64,000 nucleotides of DNA. Source: Paramoeba atlantica. Lineage: Eukaryota; Protista; Discosea. Position 1 is the first letter of the stretch, and every line of letters begins with the position of its first letter. The position numbers were made by a program, and so were the translations under genes. Shown in pieces: positions 54,111 to 62,722 of the stretch. Below the pieces are notes generated by a model that saw nothing but the letters and a program-made list of their open reading frames with translations, had not been told where the DNA came from and did no database searches. Where the stretch lies: NCBI GenBank assembly GCA_977017575.1, contig CDRNVI010000003.1:558001-622000 (forward strand). The letters are read 5' to 3'.

Positions 54111-54231
54111 CTCTCCAAGCGGAGGTCAGCCATAGCTTGCTATGGCTGGCTCTCCGGATACGTCGCAAGACGTATTCGGACTGCCCGTTTGGGGAGTTGA
54201 GGGGCCATAACTTTTCGGAGTCAAAAGGCCC
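54111..54231 (+). ncRNA. Putative structured RNA domain (three-way junction + UUCG hairpin)
   Basis: P1 54111-22/54185-96; P2 54124-36/54139-51; P3 54153-64/54169-80 with GCAA loop. Near-identical inverted copy at ~59450-59571. Confidence 0.6.
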
Positions 54232-54234
54232 AAA

Positions 54235-54511
54235 TCATCATCATCATCATGAAGTTAATAGAGCAGAGGCCAGAGCGGTACGTCTAGCTTTTGAAAGATT
54301 CGTACACCATTTTCACCACGACACGTGTATTGACCTGTACGTAGACAACACATCATGTGTTGCAGCTATCAACCGAAAAATGTCTAAATCCGATGGAATA
54401 ACGACTGAATTGGGAGGACTTTTGCGATACTTGAAAAAGAATGGAGTGTTAGTGCAAGCTCAATACATTTGTTCTAAACAAAACCCAGCAGATCCTATAA
54501 GCAGAATGTAG
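54235..54511 (+). pseudogene. DIRS/VIPER/TATE-type RNase H remnant
   Basis: HEVNRAEARAVRLAF...LYVDNTSCVAAINRK...QYICSKQNPADPISR. Confidence 0.85.
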
Positions 54512-55249
54512 CAACGAAGCTATTAGTATCAAATTGTGTAAAAATCAAATTCAAAAAAAAATTCAATAGAACATTACACCGGAACATACAATGTATCTTA
54601 CAAAAGTTGCAGGAGCAGTGCTGAGTTGGGAGTAGGCGCCTAACTTGGCACGAAACATGCGATCGGGAGTGATGAAGCGAAGTAGTGTACGAGCGATTGG
54701 GTGGTCCCCGCGTGACACCCGTTCGCAAGAGAGTAGATATGCAGATGACATACATGTATATATTTTAGGACGTCCTTATTTTGTTTCAGATTTGTGTTTT
54801 ATATTCATTAGTACGATGCTTATTGAGCTCAAAGTTTTGATTATGTTGTACATAAACATCGTAAAATCATCTATGACAAAACTTGATTTTCTACATCTTA
54901 TACGTGTTCGTATTTCGATGAACAATTCTCAAAGTTTACGGAGAGAATTGGGCGAGAAAGAAGAACCTTATTTATTACCTATACGTGATTGGCCCGGCGG
55001 GCATTGTGCGTGGATTTCCGTTTTGATTCAAACTTTACAGGGATAAATAAATATATTCATGATTTATATTAAAAATTGTTTTTGAACATATATTTTGAAA
55101 GAGCGAACTCAATAACTTTCTATCTTTAGTGTTATTTATCTGCGAACCACGAACGAAAAAATTTACCACGACATCCAAACGAGAATGGAGCGGAAACAGT
55201 AAATCAAATTCGACAGCTGCAAGTACCAAGGCTACTTCCAGGGCACGTA

Positions 55250-55896
55250 ATGCTACGAAAGTACCAGGAGTGGAAGGATCAAGCACATTTCCTACTTCGG
55301 GCAGTGCTACGAATTACGGACCATTCGATGAGGGAAGCTCTTCTAAACCTATGGGGACCGCGAACCTTGGAGACACGGACCAGACTGATAAAGGGCCTAT
55401 CACAAAAAGGTTTTCCACTCAACGAAACCGGTATCGTCTCGTATATGCGACAAATCTCGGTGTCGCTCCAAACAAAAAGAATATACCTAAGTCATTTGAT
55501 TGCAGTCCTAAAAGCGTTAAATCAGTCGACACTGAAAGCGGAAATGTACTCTCATGTCTTGGTAAGGGAGGGCGCGACAGCGCCGTTGCATCAGGCCACA
55601 CCGGTCACGCCGGAACAGCTGCGGCGCGTAATAAGTCACATGACTCAGGATATGGCGGTGGTCACCATGATCGCCTACAAAACGGCCTCCCGCGCCGGCG
55701 AAGTAGCCAACCTTATACGAGCCGATTTCATAATGAATACCCCTTCTCGCGTAATAATATATTGAGGAAGGAAAACCAAGGCAATGAAGGCACAACCTTA
55801 CCGACCGGACAGTTTCTCCGTCATAGAAGGGACTTATACTCCAAGAATTTGTCAGTACGTCGAAACCCTGCGACCACGACAACAGATTATCCCTGA
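55250..55896 (+). pseudogene. Tyrosine recombinase remnant of a VIPER/TATE/DIRS-like retroelement
   Basis: LHQATPVTPEQL...MIAYKTASRAGEVANL (catalytic Arg box); continues past an in-frame TGA as GRKTKAMKAQPYRPDSF, then truncated. Confidence 0.75.
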
Positions 55897-56002
55897 TCCT
55901 GTAATTTTGCACTATACCTTATAAGAATACGAGAAACCTAGAAAAAACCGCATTTAAAAAGCTCATTTTATGCTTTCTAAAAGTTTGTTGCAAGGATTCG
56001 AA

Positions 56003-56370
56003 ATGGGACTGTATATGATACCGGGCGGTGCCACCCATTCCGGCGAAAATGGGGCGCGGCGAAGAGCGAAAGGGTGGCGGAGAGCGCAGCGGAGCGATAG
56101 CGTGGTGGGGAGAACGGCGGGGACACCATGGGCGCGGCGGAGAGCGAGGAGGGGAGCGTGGCGTGGAGTGCAGCCGGTGCCACGGCGGGTGGCGCGGCGG
56201 GTGGCGCGGTGGGTGGCGCGGCGGGTGGCGAGAGCGGGGAGCGCGGGTGGGGAGCTCAGCGGGGAGGGATGCGGGGAGCACGGCGGGGAGAGCGGCGGGT
56301 GGCGCGGCGGAAGCGCGGCAGATAGCACGGTGGGTGGTCAGAGGGAGGGGTGAAGGGGGTCATGGGGGAA
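56003..56370 (-). repeat. Inverted copy of the C-rich 12-mer tract + partial module
   Basis: GCGGGTGGCGCG-type repeats on plus; AATGGGTGGCACCGCCCGGTATC on minus at ~56010-56040. Confidence 0.75.
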
Positions 56371-56409
56371 AAAAACAAAAAAAAAGCAACAAGGTAAAAC
56401 GCTTACTCG

Positions 56410-56530
56410 CTCTTAGCTTTTGCAGATGATGTTGTACTCTGGGCTCAAAACGAAAAACACCATCAACGGGTACTTCAGTGTACTCTACGTCCCCTTAAGT
56501 CGGGAGGCTGCCTGTATGGTCGAGAGCTCT
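56410..56530 (+). pseudogene. Reverse-transcriptase fragment (FADD motif)
   Basis: Manual translation LAFADDVVLWAQNEKHHQRVL. Confidence 0.5.
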
Positions 56531-56647
56531 GCTCTCTCGTGTTGGCAGTGATGCATAGATCATCAACCCCCGCACAGCGACCTACGCTGGAAGTAGGAGA
56601 CCACATCTTTACGGAGACAAATGGTCTGAATTTCTATCTATCTATCT

Positions 56648-56880
56648 TGCCGGAGCGTAAAGGGGTTATCCGCGCTCATCAACAAACCTCCGAGACAAGA
56701 AGTCTCACTTCCCGCCACTCCAGAATACACAATCTCATCACGTGCCCGTTGAAAGTATTCCGCAGCACTCTCCATCTTTCCAGTTTGCCGGAGCGTAAAT
56801 GGGTTAACCGTGCTCATCAACAAACCTTCCAGATGAAAAGTATCACTTCGTACTTTCAACAAGCACGCGACGTTATTGCA
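56648..56880. repeat. Diverged ~138-bp direct duplication
   Basis: TTGCCGGAGCGTAAA(G/T)GGGTTA...GCTCATCAACAAACCT occurs twice. Confidence 0.7.
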
Positions 56881-57039
56881 GACGCGCGTCACACTCGATT
56901 CCTTTTCTCTTCGACGGCCAATTGCCTTGAATCGCGGACGAAAACGCGAATCTTCCGACGATGTGGCATTTAAAAAGATCATGGTAAGAATAGGAAAAAA
57001 AATTCAACAAGGTACAGGACTTCTACTTGCGCTGCTGCT

Positions 57040-57380
57040 GCGCTCCCCGCCGCGCTCTCCCGCCGCCCTCCCGCCGCGCTCTCCCGCCGCCCTCCTGCCG
57101 CGCTCTCCCACCGTGCTCCCCGCCACGCTCCGGCCGCGCCACCCGCCGCGCTCCCCGCCGCGCTCCCCGCCCCCCCTCCTCGACTCCTCCTTAGCCCTTC
57201 TTGGGCGCTGTCCTCCTCGCCGCCCCCGTGTCCCCCCCTGTGCACCCCGTGCCGCCTCTATTACTTGAATGGCACTACCCGGTGTCAAGAAAACAAGACA
57301 CCAAGAAACTAGGGTAGCTGTCCTGCAGAATGGGTGGCACCTCCCGGTATCAAATATAACAAGATACCAAATAATTAGCT
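57040..57380 (+). repeat. C-rich 12-mer tract followed by two stem-bulge-stem modules
   Basis: CCCGCCGCGCTC-type repeats; modules at 57275-57317 and 57338-57378. Confidence 0.8.
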
Positions 57381-57449
57381 TAAGCCGAATGCCCTGACTG
57401 GGCATAGCTCACCCTCTTCTCCCCGCCCACGTACGTTGCCCAGGATGTC

Positions 57450-58518
57450 ACCTAACCCTAGCATCGGATGACGCCATTACACATATTTCCGGCTGAGTGA
57501 CATGTCACGGAAACAACGCCACAATGAAACACCACAGAATGGTAAGACGCATTTATGAACTTTGCCTTAAGGGAGGAATCCCGTGCGAGCTGGAACCCCG
57601 TAATCTGTCGTCCTACAAGTGCACTGTATGTGGTGAATCAATACAAGCCGAAAGACGCCACGAGCATCAACGCACGTGTGGTACCGGTGCCTTGATTCGT
57701 TCGGGTCCAGACATTGTGATACACTGGGCCTCGGGTGACGTTTACTACGACTTCACTATTGTACACGAACTTTCGCCCTCAAACATCGGCAGAAAAGGTA
57801 CACATTGAAGGATGCAATTGGACGCAAAATTAAAACGTACGTGACAACAGAGCTCATCCCATCCAATCAGTTTGTGTGCATCCCCGTCCTGTCCGGCGGG
57901 GCGATGCACGCGAACACGAAGCTCCTGCTGAACACTCTCGCAGACATGTCGGGCGCGGAGCGTGAGACCGTGCTTGAGGACTTTGCTCTCCAACTTCAAG
58001 AATTGAATGGAGACGTAGTGTATTCTCAGCTGAAACAGTTTCTTGCTCCAGCAACAGGATTTGAGAGGCTCACCAGGCCAGGCGATGTGTTTCTCCCCAC
58101 GTATTCCAAGGCTAAAGGCATGGTCCTTGATTTTGCAGTTACCCACGCTCAGCAAACTAAATACAGGGACAAAGTTCGTAACGCTAGCTGGGTAGCTGCA
58201 GGATCATTCGCCGAGCACTACGCCACGGAAAAAAGGGTGTACCAACGGTTGGAGGCTGAGCAGCCATGGATTCACAGCAGGCATGAATTCACAGCCATGG
58301 TGGTAGAGAGCTAGGGCTCCTGGAGCGTGAGCGCAACGTCCGTTCTAAAGGGAGTCGGAAAGAGGCGGGCACAGGCCTCAAATGGGACCCTTACGGAAGA
58401 GCAGGCTACAAATAAATTGTATGCCGAATTGAATGTGACCCTCATGCGAGCACAAGCTCGTATGATGGTTACACGCATGGCTGTGCCCGACCCGAACGAG
58501 CCCATCACGAAAGGATAG
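57450..58518 (+). pseudogene. CRE/SLACS-like non-LTR retrotransposon C-terminal remnants (restriction-like endonuclease domains)
   Basis: CH...KHHRMVRRIYELC...ELEPR...GPDIVI...YDFTIVH...KIKTY; then RPGDVFLP...LDFAVTH...KRVY...FTAMVVES*GSW...LNVTLMRAQARM. One frameshift and one in-frame stop. Confidence 0.82.
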
Positions 58519-59582
58519 TGTCGGACCCAACGGATCCTATGGTGGTGACATAGGCCACGGGTGCTGGTCGGGTCGACAGAGTCTATGCTCACGCCTAGCC
58601 CGCGAGGGCTAGGTACCCCAAGTGAGGTAGTACACGGGCAGTGAATCTCCTCCCCGTCGGCCAGCATCCTGTTTCGCGACCGTGTCGCTGTCGACACAGG
58701 CCCGCGCCTGCGCCCTCCTGTATAACAAGGGAAGGGTTCACAAGTCAGGCCGTGGAGTGGTCGAAAGACCCGGTCCGGAACGCGCGAATGGTTGGGGAGC
58801 CACCTGCAGTCCGGGTGAAACGAAGCTGAGGGAGACCTTACCCTCCCTGAAAAGTTGAAAAGTTGGGTAGGGGAAAGTAGGAAAGTAAGGAGAAAGGTGG
58901 GGAAAAGTATGTCAAGAGGTGAGAAAGTGAGAGAGAAAGGTGAGAAAGAGAGTGAAAAATTTTCTATGTCAAGAGGTGAGAAAGTGAGACAGAAAGAGGA
59001 GAAAAAAAAATTGCTTGTTTTCAATTCATATACCCACCCCAATGGACCTACTTGGTTCGTCTACTGGGTCAAAAGATAGAGGCAATGCCGCGATTCATAC
59101 TTCTCCCCCCTTATTAATTGAAATAAAAATAAAAAATTCTTGGAAATCCGCGCCTTCAAAGAAGGTGGTGCAAGAAAGGAAAAAAAGGGGGGACGGGGGA
59201 CGACGGCGAGGATGGCAGGCGATGTTGTTGTTTTCTTTTCTCTTAAAAGTTGAAACCTAAATGACTACGGGGGGAACGCGCCCCATCGTTCGAAAGAGGA
59301 GAAAGGAAAACAGGTGTTCGTGCATTCTACAGGCGAGGTCTCCTCACATCCACCGGCAAAGTCTCATTGCGTGCGATCGTTGGCATCTTGATTCTAGCTA
59401 ACTCACCCGGCGTCGCACAACAAACTGCTACATGATGAGAAGATGTATTGTGCCTTTTGACTCCGAAGAGTTATGGCCCCTCAACTCCCCAAACGGGCAG
59501 TCCGAATACGTCTTGCGACGTATCCGGAGAGCCAGCCATAGCAAGCTACGGCTGACCTCCGCTTGGAGAGGAGTTAGGTTAC

Positions 59583-60378
59583 AGCTAGGGAGGTGGGGTG
59601 TGCTATACCCCTGCGCCTTAGGTAATGCAAATAAGGCGCCCCTTGACCAAAAAAACCACTCTATCTTTTGAGGGTGGATAAAAAAAACACATCACACATT
59701 CCAAAAAATTTCCCGAATGGCACCCACCCTAGTTTCTTAGTACCTTGTTATATTCGGTACCGGGAGGTGCCACCCATTCTGCATTGTCGGAATGGCATCT
59801 ACCCTAACTATTTAGTGCCTCGGTTTGCTGGCACCGGGCAGTGTCGTCCATATTGTTTTCATTGTGCTCACCCTAGCTATTTAGCGCCTTGTTATGCGAC
59901 GCCGGGTGAGTTAGCTCGGGAGGCTGGGATCGCTAAGTCCCATCATCCGACATACAACGTAAGCCGGACGCTACATACCTAGGGTCTAGGTCAGGGCATT
60001 CGACTTTTGGTCGGATGATGGGGCGTAGCGACCCTAGCTTCCCTAGCTAACTCACCCGGCGTCGCATAACAAGACGCTAAATAACTAGGGTGAGCACGAT
60101 GAAAACAATATGGACGACACTACCCGGTGCCAGCAAAACAAGGCACTAAATAATTAGGGTAGATGCCATTCCGACAATGCAGAATGGGTGGCACCGCCCG
60201 GTACCGAATATAACAAGGTACTAAGAAACTAGGGTGGGTGCCATTCGGGCTAATTTTTGGAATGTGTGTGTGTGTTTTTTACCCACCCTCAAAAGATAGA
60301 GTGGTTTTTTTTGGTCAAGGGGCACCTTATTTGCATTACCTAAGGTGCAGGGGTATAGCGCACCCCACCTCCCTAGCT
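59583..60378. repeat. Large inverted repeat: ~368-bp arms (59583-59950 / 60011-60378), 60-bp spacer, three modules per arm
   Basis: Arms can be aligned by eye end to end with scattered substitutions. Confidence 0.92.
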
Positions 60379-61139
60379 TAGGCGCACGACTGACAACCCT
60401 TGCTGCGATGATCTGCTCTCGCGCGGGTTGAGCGCCGAGAGGCACCTCAGCTCTAATCTGGGGAAACCATAGCCCTCGTTGGCCAAACGGTTTTAATAAC
60501 AATAACAAAAATAACTAGGGTAGGTGTCACTCGGAGGATTGCTTTGTTAACATCAGGGAGTGCGGGTCTGTACCACTGCGGTGGGCGGCCGGATGGGTAC
60601 AGCGCTTGCAACCGAGGAAGTCGCGTCCTCGGGCGTCTCCCAGCGAGAAGAGTCACCTTGCTGCTGCGGAGTGGCGAAATGCCTACCGCGCGCAAGGTCC
60701 TGTCTAGGAAAGATTATTTCTTTCCTAGCAGTGGCACGACCCATCAGGCCAACCATAGGCCAAAATTGGATCAGGACAACCATAGGCCAAAATTGGCGGG
60801 TGTAACAGTTTTCGTGCTCCCCCCTGTATATAAATTTATTTAATATATAAATTTATTTTATATACATGTATATAAAACATGTGTTATATACATGTATATA
60901 TATATATAGATTTATTTGTTGTTATATACATGTATATATATATATAGATTTATTTATTTTTATTTTTTTTTCACTTGAACGTTCGGCCTGTTCGCGAAGC
61001 TGTGAACGGGTCAGAACCATAAAAAACTTTTTACTATGGAAATAGTGGATTAACGTCCTAGATAATAAAATAAATATATATATATAAGTAATATTCTGTT
61101 GTTGTTTGTGATATTATATACGCGCCGATTACTATCACT

Positions 61140-61300
61140 CATTCCAATTTCAATAATTGGTTGTAAAAAGGCGCAAAAGTATACTGTTGAGAGAGTGGAA
61201 CCTTGACGTACACCGTTTGTACTCGAAAGAACCCCGGTGAGTTGACCCCATCGATCCGTAATAGCACAGCTCCGACGCCTCCGAGTACTCTGCATAGAAG
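61140..61300 (-). pseudogene. CRE/SLACS-like reverse-transcriptase fragment
   Basis: LSSTNGVRQGSTLSTVYFCAFLQPIIE (GVRQG motif). Confidence 0.75.
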
Positions 61301-61893
61301 AAGCGATGAAAGGGCTTCAAAGTGGCTAACCCAAAAACTGCTTTGGCTATCTTCGTGCGCGAAGGGGAATTGAATGCGTTTTTGACGTCAATGGATACAA
61401 TGTTTGAGCCAGCAAGATACAGATCATTTAGGGTGTGTACTACCCGTTCGCTCTAAAGTAATGCCTCGGCTTGGAATCTCACATCCGAAAATCGCACAGA
61501 ATTTATTGTGTCCCGGGTGTCGGAAAATACTGGACGGACGAAGCGCCCTGATACATACAGGGGCGGTTGTTGATCTTGCCCCCTCCTGGGAAATTTTAAT
61601 TTTTTTTATCCGTTTTTGCTCATCTTTGCAGCATTGAAGAGATCTCGTTCCCCTAGCGAAGAGCTTTGCCGCCTTTTTTATATAGAGACCCCCTGGTGCC
61701 CCCTGGGTCCAAAAAACACTGTTTTTTTGGACGTGTTCTGTGTACACAACCATTTTTTCCCGATAATTTCATGTTTTTGTGGTTTATTTGAATGTGTGTA
61801 AGCTTAAATAGTCTTCTAATTTCTTTATGCTCAAGCAATGTTTCTGTAGAAACATCAACAGCTATTTAATAGAGTTTTTCAAACCTCAACAAC

Positions 61894-62045
61894 ATGAATA
61901 CAAGACCGACTAACCCTAAAAGTGGTGAATATGTAGAAGGGTGGAAAGATAATAGGCAAAACTACCTCCCAATATCGCACAAAGGCACTATAGGAGTGTC
62001 TCTTTCAGAGCGTCTCGAAATAATAAAACAATACAAGAATCATAG
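61894..62045 (+). pseudogene. Tc1-like transposase N-terminal remnant
   Basis: MNTRPT...SLSERLEIIKQYK is similar to the start of 49326-49649; breaks off at ~62045. Confidence 0.5.
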
Positions 62046-62051
62046 CTGTCA

Positions 62052-62126
62052 TTCGACGTCGAAAATTGCAATTCGACGTCTTCGAATGCCTTTCGACGTC
62101 GAAAAAATGGGTCTTTCGACGTCGAA
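62052..62126. repeat. Four phased copies of the palindrome TTCGACGTCGAA
   Basis: Copies at 62052, 62072 (imperfect), 62092 and 62115. Confidence 0.9.
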
Positions 62127-62722
62127 CGAAGGAAAAAAATGGGGGATTCTTGTGTTCATGTGCAGCACTTGAAAAAATGTTTCGATCGACGGATTCTTTT
62201 CACTACAGTAATTTGCTATGGTATTCGGACGAATAGATGACTACCAGAGAATAAGAAAGTAGCAACGTATGGTTGTCGTCAGATTGTTCGTCAGACCGCT
62301 AGGAAGTTCTAACCGTGTTAAATGCGTCACCTTTTATTTGAAACATGTTCAAATACGTAATTAATGAAGTTTAATAAAAAGATACGGAAAATTATGACTG
62401 TACTAGTCATTATCATAGTATAAGCTTATGACGTTTACTGTTGCCGTATAGCTAAGCACAAAATATCTCGCGTTGCAATAATACAAGAAAAATTTAAGTG
62501 TGGGGAAAAAGTTTAGCCTTAATGGTCCTGAAGTATGAGACAAAACATGGAAAAAACCCCAGAAAATACCAGTTTCCGAACAATACATGAAACATCCATA
62601 CATAAATAATTATACAGTAATACAATATAACAATATTATAATGGGTTATGAATTTATGACGTATCAGAAAAAAAGCAGACTCGCATCAGGAGCCATTAAG
62701 TAATTCGGAAGCTTGAAAGAAG

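Noticed and set aside
55766-55768. UGA-to-Trp recoding suggested by IIY*GRKTK in the YR remnant
   Set aside because: Host genes use TGA as a normal terminator (e.g. at 922 and 2209) and use TGG for Trp internally; a point mutation in a dead element explains it.
53597-57405. Arg/Pro/Ala-repeat ORFs over the 12-mer tracts
   Set aside because: Translations of GC-rich tandem repeats in all frames, with no coding signal.
58810-58860. Hammerhead ribozyme near GAAAC...CTGAGG
   Set aside because: Core is CTGAGGG rather than CUGANGA, and stems I/III and the UH site are missing.
59951-60010. Pr77/HDV-like ribozyme (AGGGTCTAG similarity)
   Set aside because: Only a 9-nt match; no nested double-pseudoknot pairing could be drawn.
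53929-60240. Integron attC sites as identity of the stem-bulge modules
   Set aside because: No consistent RYYYAAC/GTTRRRY ends, no cassette ORFs between modules, and the YR remnant lacks integron-integrase features.
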